32,000 nucleotides of DNA from Wallemia ichthyophaga EXF-994 (lineage: Eukaryota > Fungi > Basidiomycota): NCBI RefSeq assembly GCF_000400465.1, contig NW_008806285.1, positions 1 to 32,000 of the forward strand, read 5' to 3'. Under the pieces are notes generated by a model, which worked only from the letters and a program-made list of their open reading frames with translations, was not told where the DNA came from and did not search any database. A program made the translations under genes and the position numbers. This document shows, one piece after another, positions 9,707 through 22,018 of this stretch. Position 1 is the stretch's first letter; each line of letters begins with the position of its first letter.

Positions 9707-11442
9707 ATGATAAGCTGGCTAATTTTGCTCCTTCTCATTGGATTAGCAGCTTGTAGAGACAGCAAGGACGGCTTTGATGAATTTCTCTCCATAAAACCTC
9801 TACAGGATGGAAGAGTAGACACTGCATTCAATTTCACTATCAGCGATCAGGATATTTGTGAGCGTGTAGGCTATGTTATTACAGCGCTTACACATGTTTA
9901 CAGCACCTCACTCTCACCTTTTCCCGCTTCCACTCGTCAACCTCCTCACTTCACCTGAACTCGATATCGATGAGCTTCATCTGAGTCTGTCAGCGGGTAG
10001 ATGGGACTATGATAAGTGGCATTATCCTACATTCCCTCAACTGGGCAGCTCCGGTGCAGAAGTCTGGGTGTCACACAAGTCTGACAGGTGCGTCATTGTC
10101 TTCTCATTGCGCTGACGCTTTAACACCTCGACAGATCGCAAGAGAAATGGAATCGTGTCGTACACAGGATATCAGGACTATTCTGCGCATCACTTAGCAC
10201 ATCAGATAACACCAATCACTTGCTTCTCGATGATAAGACATGGACATATGCTCAAATATCTTCACAGCTGCCTTGCACAGAGAATCTTACACCTTTTATC
10301 GCACTGTTGCCTTGCAAAAGCGCTGCTGGATTGGGTCAATTACTCAACCCTCACAAGATATTCGACGCTGATTATCACAGTCTGGCCTTATCAATGTTCA
10401 ATCAAGGCAGTGGCGCTCGTTTAGAAATTAAAGTCGAAGCAGTCTTTAATCCTGCTCGAGTTGATCAACAAAGGCGTAAGCATTACGGGTTTGTGACTTG
10501 ATCATTCTAATCTAATACGCAGAGTACTCAACTAAAGCCATGTTCGATAGAACAGTCAAACAAAAATGTGAGTTGGCGGATAGCAGCATGGTGTACTTTG
10601 GTCTTCCACCTCCGCCTGGTGAAGAACTCAATCAAGATGTGTGGGTGGTGCTTCCAGAGGATCATGAAGGAGAGGTCAAAGATGGAACAATAGAGCTGGA
10701 CTTGATGACAAGTGAGTAGGTAGAAAGTGTTCAAGTACATTCTAACTCCAGTAAAGCATCAAAACAACTCGGATTAGCATTAATTTGGCCATTCCAGGAA
10801 ACTTTCATATATCGTAAGTCTTAAAAATCTAATCACTTACCACTCAAAATTAACATCCACAAAGCTAGATACACTACCAAACCCCCTATACAGATTCGAA
10901 GAGATCAGATAGCAGGTCCAGTAGAGGAGACATTCACGATGAAAATAACTATAGAAAACACTCAGGACGAGGACGCGCAAGTCAGCTACCTGCAATCAAT
11001 ACCCTGGCAAGTCAAACCATGGTTACATACCTTCAGAATATATGGCGATAGTAGTAGTGATTCAACCTCCTTTAAGCACAACCAAGCTAAAGCTGATAAA
11101 GAACCGTATTCACTCCAAGTAAACACCACACTTGCACCACATTCAGAAACCATAATCGAGTGTATCTATCAGCGCCAATTTCTCAAGTACACAGATTACG
11201 CACCTGACATTCACCGTGGCATCGACATACCACCCGGATTTATACGTTTCGAAGCAGACAACATGACAAAAGTAGCATACACGACACCAATGTTGGTTGA
11301 TCTAGCAACACCAGACTTTTCAATGCCGTACAACGTGATTATAATAACCAGCACAGTCGTAGCTCTCTTCTTCGGTAGCGTATACAACATACTAGTACGT
11401 GACTTCCAATTAATTCCTAAGAAAGAATCAAAATCAGACTGA
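9707..11442 (+). CDS. GPI16: GPI transamidase component Gpi16/PIG-T (multi-exon)
   Basis: Signal peptide MISWLILLLLIGLAAC; FDEFLSIKPLQDGRV; ELHLSLSAGRWDY; SGLFCASL; CTENLTPFIALLPCKSAAG; C-terminal PDFSMPYNVIIITSTVVALFFGSVYN. Exons at 10500-10940 were not fully resolved. Confidence 0.9.
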
Positions 11443-11497
11443 GGCTTGTATAGTAATAGCAATGAAAATGTATAAAATAGAAATTAAAGATACCTTT

Positions 11498-14400
11498 TTA
11501 ATCAACATTGTAATATTGGAAACCAGGTGAATTTGGCTCAGCATTGTCAATAAGCTTCTTAACGTGATCAGGAAGATCCTTGTATTGTTCGCTGGCAGAG
11601 CTGTTCTGGCCTTCAACCTCATAAACTTCAAACTTTTCTAGGTTCAAAGTTTTGCGGAAGTAAGCAGCAGCGCTTAAGAGAACCTCACGTTCATTGAATG
11701 GCAAAGTTCTGTTGAATGCAGTCTCACCACCGAACTGCAAAGCACGTTTCTTGAGGATTTGAGTAAATGGCATTATCTTCTTATCCTTAATCAAACCCTT
11801 TTCAGAAATGATGTTTCTCAGTTTAGCATCATCGAACTTCTTTTCCTTCTCGTCCCAACATGCGCTGGCGTATTCGACACACTCCTCTTGCCAAGCTGGG
11901 TAGGACTTTGCGGTGAAGACCTTCAATGCTTTCTTGGCTTTAGCATCGAAAGCTTCTGGTGTTGTTCCCTTGCCGCCCTTCTTACGTCTTGCCAATGCTA
12001 ACTCCGCATCTCTCATTGTCTTTACTGATGATCTGACGTAGAGGAGACTATCGTAGAGGGTTTGGTCAACTGGTGCAACATCTGGGTAACGCTCGTGCTG
12101 AACACTTCCAGGTAATTTGAGGATATTTTGCCAGATGTGTTCCGAAAAGTGAGGAATGATTGGGGTGATGATGAGTGCTTGGAGCTTGATCCATTCAAGA
12201 ACGAGATCGCCATGCATACCTTCTTCAATGGTGACCTCTCTATACCAGTCTCTAGCTGATTGGAACTCATAGAATCCAGACTTAAGTGCCTCCTTGTAGA
12301 AGGTACCTTCGTAGCTCTTGTATGCCTCATGCACGCAGTGGTTCATTTCGTTGACAAATGCACGGTCGTGGAATGAATCAGCTGGACCGCTTCTGTAAGA
12401 TGACCTGTTTTCAACTACCTCTCTGCACCATTCAGTCAAGGTGTGCAGACGGAGAATAGCGGCATTGGCAGTCTTCTCTTCGAAGTTAGCATCTTCGATA
12501 CCGTCACCAGCGTCTGCCAATGTGAGTCTTGTAGCATCTGCACCGAACTTTTCAACTGCATCTCTAAGAGTGAGGGTGTTTCCGGTTGACTTTGACATCT
12601 TTGCTCCGTTTAACATTAAGTGGCCGTTGGCTCTCATAGATCTTGGCCATTGTTCTTCTGGGAATAAACAAGAGTGGTTGTAGATGGAGAATGAAAGGTG
12701 GTTATTGATAAGGCTGTGAATGGTTAAATTTTTCGCGAAGGATGTTAGACAAAAACTCACTCTTTTCCTGAGGAACGAAGGTCCATCGGGTAGAAGTAGC
12801 TGAATTCCTTTTGAAGTCTCTTCAGATCTTTCTCTTCAATTGAGGACTTTGGTAATGTCTTACCACCGCCAAAGATGTACTCAAATACTTCATCAGTGAG
12901 GTCTTCATGCTTGATTCCCAATTGACCAGGCTTAGTACCCTTTACATCCCCTTGGAGGAGATGAGCGATAGTGTAGTAAGCCATGTAGATGGTTGAGTCA
13001 GTGAGAGATTCGACTAGGTACTGCTTATCCCAAGGTAATCTACTACCCAACCCGAATGATCTAGCACAAGCCCATTGGTTCAACCAGCCAAGGGAATACT
13101 CGAAGCCTAATCTTGTTTCGTTGAAGTAGGTGTTCATTCTCTTGAGTAACTCCATAGACTGAGCTTTCCATCCATCTTCACCGTAGTCCAAGTACCATTG
13201 ATCGCAAAGTGCGACGATACATTCATCACCACTTCTACTCATGACCATACCCTCTGGCTCAGAGTAGGCGATAGCGGTACCGTTCTTGATCATCTCATCT
13301 CTAACTTTGTTCTTGACTTCTTGGACTGGCTGTCCGGTGAATTCTCCCGTAACCATAACACCTCCGTAGAAACCTTCCTTGTAAGCGATTTCCTTTGCTT
13401 CGACGAGGTTTTTAGCATCTTTTGGTGATTGAACCTTAAACTTCTCGCAGAGTGCTTTAGCGGTGAGATCACCGTATGTTGGAGTTTTAAGAACTGGGAT
13501 GATATCATGAGAAACCCATGCTGGGTCAATACCGTAAAACTCTGCCTTCTTTCTCAACTCCATGTAGTTGGCGTAATCGTCTGGAGAGTCCGATGGAACA
13601 GATGTAACAACACCAGTACCCTTAGTTGGCAAAACACTCTCCATAGGAAGCATGAAGATGCGATCGAGAACGGCAAGAGGTGCCTTAAGTGAAGTACCAA
13701 CAATATCGCTACCTTTGATGGTAGCAATCTTGCGAACTTCACCTTCATAAGCAGTGACACCCTGGAAAGCCATATTACGAATAGCTCTTTCAGTTGTGAT
13801 AAAGACTTGATCGTCATTCACTGAAAAGACACCGTATTCGATCTTTGGACCGACATAACAGTTGGTCTGACCATACATAGTCTCTGGACGGAGGGTTGCA
13901 GCAACAAAGAAAGTCTGCTTGTTAGCGAGAGTGGACTTTATCTCCGGAGAAATCTTTTCCGACCACTCTAAAACTTGCATTTTGATACCGGTGTACTCCT
14001 GTGGGCCGACGCCCTCGCCAGAAGATCTGTCGTGGTCCATACATGGTTGACCATCCTTGATAGAGTAGATGGTGTGTCTTTTACCAAACTTGACCTTTTC
14101 AAGGGCCTTGAGTTTGTTCATTTGCCATCTAACGAAGGCATCATAGTAAGGGTTGATATCAGTGGTGATGAATGAGCGTCTCCAGTCAATGCGAGTACCA
14201 AGAGCAGTACAATCAGCCTGTGCAATTGGAGGGAAGTACTCCAACCAAAATTCTGGATCAGAGAACTTGTAACACTCAGCTCTTGGTACACCGAGAGATT
14301 CCATAATTTGGAATTGATATTGGAGACCGGTGTTTTTTGCGGCAACTTTACCCTTTTGAGCCTTATCTTTTCTGTCTGCAGGCTGATCAACGACAGGGCC

Positions 14401-14927
14401 TGTAGGATCAGTTTCTTCGTCAGTCTGGTCTTTGTAGCCAGAGAGGTCTTTTCCGAAGAGTTGAGTTTCACGAACAATCTTGTCTGCGGCGGCCTGAGGA
14501 AGGATAAGTGAGAGAATAGAGGAAATGAAGAGACGGACCTTGATAGGCATACCTGTACAGTGGAAACCTAAGGGAAACAGAGCTCTCTTTCCCTTCATTC
14601 TCTCCCAACCGGTCGCAAATTCAACCTTTGAGATGGAAAAAGCGTGTCCCAAGTGGAGACTACCATTCATATATGGATATGGGAAAGTTGAGAGGTACTT
14701 TGGGTACTTTGCGTGTAACTCATCGACGCTCATGTCCATCAGCTCATTTGGAGGATCGATTTCAAATACTTTGTTATCATTCCACTGCGATTGGATAGAT
14801 TTTTCAATTCCTTTGAGATAATCTCTTTTGTCTGTCTGTTTGGGGCAAATAGAGCAAATGAGCCAGAGATTCTGGATTTAGTCGAAAAGCGCACCTTTTC
14901 CAATTGAATTGGACCTTGAGTAGTCAT
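11498..14927 (-). CDS. CDC60: Cytosolic leucyl-tRNA synthetase (about 1092 aa, 4 exons)
   Basis: Introns 14836-14894, 14494-14538 and 12714-12760. FPYPYMNGSLHLGH (HIGH), editing domain TLRPETMYGQTN and GTGVVTSVPSDSPDD, KMSKSTGN. Confidence 0.96.
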
Positions 14928-15019
14928 TCTACGTAGCCTATTCACTATAAATCGAAGAATTTTACTTTTATTTGTTGGTCGTCAAGTCAATCGCTCGCTG
15001 TCTTCTTCACTCCTCGACG

Positions 15020-15371
15020 ATGCCAAAATTATCAAAATTAGAGCGCAAAGCGCAGCCAGAACCTCCAGTGAATCTAGGTTAGTGAGAACTATCATTTCTA
15101 TAAACATCCCTTCTAACTTGCCTCAGGCGACGTCGACGATGGTTTGGACAACAGGCACGAATTGGAAAAGAAGGTTGCTTCCGTTAAGGCTAGAAATAGC
15201 TCAAATGCCTCCCATAAAGGCCTCGGCAGGAAGAAATCTACAAAGCAGCGAACACGCACCTCAAAAGCTGCGGAAAGAGCCGCTGAACACGCCGATAAGC
15301 TCAAGAATAAGCGTTCAGACTCCGAAACTCGCAAGCAAAAAAGGGACAACAGCAAAAGTGTCTGGGAATAA
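15020..15371 (+). CDS. Small basic protein, Alb1/Ecm1-like pre-60S ribosome biogenesis factor (100 aa, 2 exons)
   Basis: ATG 15020 and intron 15078-15126 join in frame. Basic helix KKSTKQRTRTSKAAERAAEHADKL...KRDNSKSVWE with a terminal Trp, as I recall for the Alb1 family. Confidence 0.6.
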
Positions 15372-15395
15372 TTTATTACGTTTAACGTTGTATCA

Positions 15396-16632
15396 TTAGT
15401 TGGACTTGATGTTTTGTACATCTTGAATTGCGTCATTTGTATGCACTTGAGTATCACTCGTAGTTACATCGGCTTTCTCCTCCTCTTTTTCATCCGTTTT
15501 AGGCTTTTTCGCGATTGGTTCATCACTTTTTTCGCCTTGGATAGGTGCTTTGTCAACGCGATCTGCAGATTGAACCATCCAATCGATACCCCTTCCATAC
15601 CTCTCTTTGATCCACTCATCAGCTTGCTTGAAGTGTCCAGTGTTAAAGAATCCCCTGGATGCTGACAACGGAGATGGATGCACCGACGACAGTATCAAGT
15701 GCTTCTTTTTATCTACCTTGGCACCTTCAAGCATCTTTTTCGCCCAATTACCCCAGCAGAAGAATACGATGCCTTTAGATTTGTGTCTATCGGCTAATAC
15801 TTGCAGCACTCTGTTGCATATGTCAAGGCGTAATTGTTAATTCACGCTTATACGCACCTAGTGGTGAACTGTTCCCAGCCCTTGTTACCATGTGATCCTG
15901 CAGTGTCTTTCCGCACCGTTAGAGTGCTGTTGAGAAGGAGAATACCATTCTCTAGGCAAAGTCTTTCAAGGTTTCCGTGGTTTGGAGGTTGGAAACCCGG
16001 ATACTCGTTTCTGAGAGAATGTTAGCACGTTCAAGACATAAAAACACGCCTACTTTAATTCTTTGTATATATTCTGAAGCGAAGGCGGCACGCGTCTACA
16101 TATCGTCAGAAATCAACACGGTCATATCACCAGACTTACACGCCGTGCTTAACTGAGAAAGCCATTCCGTGTGCCTGTCCTGGGCCATGATAAGGGTCCT
16201 GGCCACTGTGATGCGTAAGAGAGGATGAGGTGCGGCGAGAGTGAACACACATGATGCAGCATCTAACGTCGTCGATAGGAGAACGTGACCAATTGTAAAT
16301 AAGTTCTTTTGGTGGATAAATTGTGTACTTTTGCTCCTCTTGCTTCAAAAACTCTTTGAGCTGGATTACGCGTGAACACGGGCGAATCAGAGCAATTACA
16401 GACGCACCCTCTTGAATGAAGGGCTATTAAGGTCCTTCTGTAACGCCTGTACCCATCCAGGGCCAAGGAACTTGTACTCCAAAGCCAGTAGATCACTCGG
16501 TGGCTTTGTTCTGTCGACCGACTCTTTCTCCTCGGTTTCAAGCTTTCTCTTGATAGGCTGAGGAGCTGGTGGAATATTCTCCGTGTTCTTCTTGAAGAAT
16601 TGTGAGATACTCGATTGATTTTTATTTGACAT
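15396..16632 (-). CDS. UNG1: Uracil-DNA glycosylase (family 1, multi-exon)
   Basis: [37 protein letters not shown]...[32 protein letters not shown]-terminal PIP box QSSISQFF. First intron 16361-16407. Confidence 0.93.
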
Positions 16633-16675
16633 TGGCAGTTTCTCTTGAAGGTGTTTGTACCCCACCACCAACACC

Positions 16676-18424
16676 ATGGACAGCAGACTCGACAATAACG
16701 ACGCTGAGAGCTCAGCACACACGATAGATTCATCTCCACCAGATTCAGAATTCACTGATGAAGAGGCGCAGTTGGGCGATCATCACGACGATTACGGCGA
16801 GCAGCAGCGACTCAGTCTCGTCAGCTACCACGACGAAGAGGAGCATCAGGATTTTGTGCAGAATGCCGATAATGTCGATAATGCCGATAACGCCGACGAG
16901 ACGCTTGCTTCGCCTCTTATTCAGGATTTCAGCTTTAGGAAGAGCTACAAACGGCGCAGAGACCCCTCACGCAGACAAGGCACCCTATCAATACCCTACG
17001 CAAGTTTCAATATACTCAATTCTACCCTTGGTCTTGGTTTTCTGGCTCTACCCAGCGCACTTTCAAAGACTGGCCTCCCACTTGGAATAATCCTGATTAC
17101 CATCATCAGCTTTCTCGCAGCGGGCTCGCATATCGTTCTCGTTAACACTGGCAGATACCTCGGCGTGCGCAAGATCGAGGATGTCGGTGGCGGTGCTCTT
17201 AAGCTTGGCACAAGGGGAAAGGGCATAACAAAGTTGATTGTTAGGATCATTGTCGTCATAACGGGTTTTACATTGGTGGTGTCCTATTTGAAGCATATCA
17301 GGATACTTCTACACCCACTTGCGCTGGCCTGGTTTTCTAGCTCATCCTTACAATCTTCATTCTCCCTCGCTTTATTACCAGCAGTGATGGCTGCACCGTT
17401 TACGCTCACACGATCATTATCTCATGGCACAATCTCGAAAATGTCCATTGTCATCTCACTCACCTATCCTGTTCTACTTGGTTTGGTGGCTAGCAGAACG
17501 ATGAGGTATTCCGAGCTGAGACTGCTCGATTTCCAGATGTACAAAAAGCTTTTGATTCACCATCTCAATTGGAAAGCACTCAAGAAACATGCTGAACAGC
17601 AGGGCATCTGGAGTAGTATTTCCACAATTGCTTTCTCGTTTGCTAGTCAACATCTCACTTTCCCACATCACCGCACAATGCGCAAATCCTCCCAACAAAC
17701 ATTCAACATCACCGTCTTACTAGCCTATTCTTTGATATTCATCTTAGCGTTACCATTTGCGGTCGTGCCTTATGTTGCGTTCGGAGAGTCGACACCAATT
17801 AATATTTTCGATGCGCTTCCATCGCCAAACAATGACGGAGGCGTGGATGCTGCTAGAGTGATGGCTGCTTTAGGCATACTGGGTACATTACCATTTGCAG
17901 TGTACACCACCAGAGAAGCGATACTAAGATTGTTGCACATTGAAACTGAACAAGAAGAGCCAAACAGACGCACGCAGACTATCACAACTGGTGCCATTTG
18001 GATACTTGCTATTGTGTCGGCTAGTATAGGCGATTATACTATCTACCAAACATATATAAATATCGCTAGGCTGACTTGCATAGCTTTGGGATATCTACTT
18101 CCTTGTGAGTCGGTTATAACTTGAAAAAAAACCCCTTCTAACGCTTAAAAGCTGTGTTTTTCGTTATACTCTATCACGTCAAACGACCAGCACCAATCGT
18201 CGTGAGCTCAAACGATGGATTAGTATCAACAGATGCGTTGCTGGCTAGGAAAGAGCGTCAGCTTCAGAAACGGAGGTCGCTTCTCAGACTTTGGTGGGTG
18301 TTATCGTTGATATGCTGTCATAGCTGACAAGTTTTAAAGGCAGGATTTGTTTATTTTCAGTTTATTACCATTCGCGTTCCTTACCACTGCTTATTGCGTA
18401 TATGCGCTTGTAAATCACATATAA
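16676..18424 (+). CDS. Amino-acid transporter, Aa_trans (AVT/SLC38-like) family
   Basis: Acidic N-terminal tail, FNILNSTLGLGFLALP, about 10-11 hydrophobic segments. Two 3' introns extend the frame through DALLARKERQLQKRRSLLRLWQD to a stop at 18422-18424. Confidence 0.82.
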
Positions 18425-18464
18425 TTCTGTACATTTGCTATTCCAGCCTCTTAATCAAACAGCC

Positions 18465-21400
18465 ATGGGCGACTCAGCACAATCAGACGCAGACAGAGTC
18501 AGTCGGAGCTTTTTAGGAGAAAGGTTTCTGATGAGCGTGAGCAGATCCGTTTAAGAAGACTGGAAAGGCTGGGAACACCTGCAGGATCACCAGCACCACA
18601 GCCAGCGTTAGAGCAGCAGCAGCAACAGTCACAGCCTCAACGCTCACCAGAAAAGAAACCCAAATTCAGTCCAACAATCCCAAATCCCGCACCTTCTCGC
18701 GTCTCAGCACAGCAAAGACAGCCACCACAGCCAAAGCCATCGACAAGCTCACCGAAGCCAACTCTCGAGCCAGCGCAGTGTGGAATCGAGGAGTGGGAGA
18801 GCAGGGCTATTCAAGCATCTCTCAAAGTCACTATCGATGTAGGCGTCGTTTCACTACCTTTGTCACGCTCACCAGAATCCACAGGTGCAAATAGCAGATG
18901 CGACATCCTGGACTGTGAGCTATCTGAAGCCACTGCTGAACGAGTTGCACGACGAGCAGCCGAATCACCCTGCACTTAAATCGAAAAGACTCACTCCAGA
19001 TCTCATCGACCAGGCTTTGATTGCACGACTCAACCTCGATCCAAACGCTATGATGGATGACGCTGAAATGCTTACTGTTATCGCTAGCTTGCCGGCTAAC
19101 CAGACAACTTTCGAGTATCTTGTTGGCGCTTGGAGAAGAGCGCGTGGTCAAGCACTCCAATTGTCCAAGATCAATTACAGCCAATCAGACAAAGATAGAG
19201 GTATGGCACTCATCAACAAGCTTAAAGACTTACTGCTTAGCTATATCGGCTTGACTATCCAAGATGCAACTATGTTTGTCCAGACTTCAGAAAAACCAAG
19301 CGGCGCTGTTGAATTCTTGCAAATTCTCATTCCTGAAGAAACTAGCTCAGATCCATATGGTGATGATCGCGTCGGTAGAGTTGTCTCTCCAGAGCTGCAT
19401 AAAGTCTCTCCTGTTGATCTACTTTCTGAAATAGTCAGACGCTTCGACGGCGATGGTTTGGAGGATGTCATTGGTCCAGTTATACAACTTACAGCAGCCC
19501 AGGCCAAGGGTTTGGATCTTACCGGTATTAAGTGGAGATCAGTTATCACTGCTATCGAAACACTCTTACAGTTCAAACCTATTGCAGCAATCTTCACAAC
19601 CCTTCCTTCATTTATACCTAGTCCTGCCAATGCTAAGACTATCGAAAGTGAATCATTACTAGGTCCAATGATCAGTTTATCTACTTTCTCAACCTCTGCA
19701 CCTAATATTGCAAAGCTTTACTTCTCAGATGCTTCATTGGAGCGTGAATATCAATCACCAATCACGCAAAACACCCTCAGATCTACTCTCGAATCACTCC
19801 AGAGCAGCTTATTTGGTATTTTCAATGTTTTGGTCAGAGCTTCTCCACAGTCTAGAGAGAAGGTGTTAGATTTCTTCGCCACGGCTGCAAATGTCAACTC
19901 CCATCGTGGCGCTATGCGTGTCGATCCAAAGCGCGCTTCTGGTGATGGATTTGTATTCAATTGTCAAGTTATACTTTCTAGATTTGCTGACCCTTTCATG
20001 GACGCTACGTTCTCAAAGGTGGGCTCAGTTGTCGATTCATTCAAAATACTAATAATCTTAATCAGATAGACAAGATTGATCCAAAGTACTTCTGTCATTC
20101 AAAGCGTCTGGATATCTCAGATGAAACAAAGATAAAAGCTGACAAAAGTGAATCTGATGCCTACTACAACGAAAACTCTAAAGAAGGTGAGACAATCATT
20201 TCCGTTTGTGCGAGTTAGCTAACACACTCAAGACAAACCTGTCAACTTTATTAGCGAAATTTTCTACTTGTGTCTTGCATTCCATTACCTCGGCTATCAC
20301 TGTGCGCAGCGTCAATCAGGCAGTCTTAAAAAGCACATTGATATGGTTGAGCCTCAGCTCAAATCTCAGAGAGAGCAACTTTTGAATGACCCTCGCTTTG
20401 CTCCAGGTACACCGGGTAGAATGTTTGCAGAGAAGCAGCTCGAGAAACAAGAAGTTTTACTCAAGGAACGCAAAGCTGCTGTTGCTTCTTCATGGATTCA
20501 ACTAGATGATCCTTCTTCGATGTACAGAATCTTGGGATTCTACTCGTTCGCGACTACTTGGATTGTGAGATTCGTAGATCCATCCCATCAACATCCTCAA
20601 AAGCTCATCAGCTTACCACTACCCGAAGAAATTCCAATCGAGTTCAAGATGTTGCCCGAATACATCTTAGAATCTACAGTCGATTTCTTCATTCAATTGA
20701 CAAGGCATCAGCCACATCTTCTTGAAAGCTCAGGTAAAGAAGAATTGATGAATTTCTTGGTCACCTTTGTCTGTACTCCAAAGTATATTGGAAATCCATA
20801 CAGTCGCAACAAGATAGTTGAAATCATGTGGAATGGTACTCACCCATATGGGTACTCAAGAAGCGGTGTATTGAGTGACAGCATCAACTACCATAAACTC
20901 TCATTAGAGCATTTGATGCCATCACTCATGTCATTCTATATTGATGTCGAACGCACAGGTGTCTCTAGTCAATTTTACGACAGATTAAATGTTCGCTACA
21001 ACATCGCCAGACTTCTTAAAGTGATTTGGAACAATCCAACACATCGTGACAAACTCAAACAAGATACAATGAATAGCGAAAAGTTTGTCAGATTTACTAA
21101 TTTGGTTATGAACGACTCAACGTATTTATTGGATGAAGCTTTGGGTAAGTTGGCATCAGTAAGACACTATGAAGATGAAATTGCGTCACCTGGATTCTCG
21201 AACAAGCCTGATAATGAGAGAGAGGAGATGGTACAATCGTTGCAAGAGTCAGGTAGAGCTGCCGGTAGCTATATTGCTTTGGGTGGAGAATCAGTCAGAT
21301 TACTCAAGTCTTTCACATCAGAAGCCAAAGCTGCCTTCATGGCACCAGAGATTGTTGACAGATTGGCAGCAATGCTTTGCTACAACCTCGATGCATTAGC

Positions 21401-22018
21401 TGGTCCACGCTGTCAAGAGTTGAAAGTAAATAATCCCGAAAAGTATGGATGGAGACCTAGACAACTTCTCAATGATATTATTGACATATTTATTAATCTA
21501 CACGATTGCAAGGAGTTCGTTGAGGGTGTTGCAAAGGATGGCAGAAGTTACTCAAAGGCACTGTTTGAACGTGCAGCCGGCATTCTCAGGCGCAAAGCTA
21601 TTAAGACTGATCAAGAGGTAGACCTAATGGCTCGATTTGTCAGTCACGTTGAGCAAGTCAGAGCTGAGATGATGGAAGAGGATGAGGCTGATATTCCAGA
21701 AGAATATCAAGGTAAGTCTGAATTAAATAATCGACTTAAATAACACATATCTTAGACATGATTATGGCGACACTTATGCGCGATCCAGTCATCTTGCCTG
21801 GCTCAAACGCTGTACTGGACAGATCAACAATCAAGAGTCATTTACTTTCTGACAGTACAGATCCATTCAACAGATCGCCACTAACAATAGATCAAGTAGA
21901 GCCACACACCCAACTCAAAGCAGAAATAGACGACTGGGTGGCCAAACGCAGACAGGCTAAATTAGATGAGATGACAAAAGCTACAAATGCCAATGATGTA
22001 TTACCACCACAGAATTGA
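18465..22018 (+). CDS. UFD2: Ubiquitin conjugation factor E4 (Ufd2), U-box protein
   Basis: Spliced N-terminus [14 protein letters not shown]; Ufd2P core ([48 protein letters not shown]); U-box [32 protein letters not shown]. Confidence 0.94.

Noticed and set aside
12757-12760. Apparent frameshift or split of LeuRS into two overlapping ORFs
   Set aside because: Explained by a canonical 47-nt intron (12714-12760) that restores KDLINNHL; it is not recoding.
4667-14821. Many 60-150-aa ORFs antisense or out of frame within RBA50, MCM10, GPI16 and LeuRS
   Set aside because: They are shadow ORFs of real genes with no motifs. The same applies to those inside UFD2, SLU7 and BIO2.
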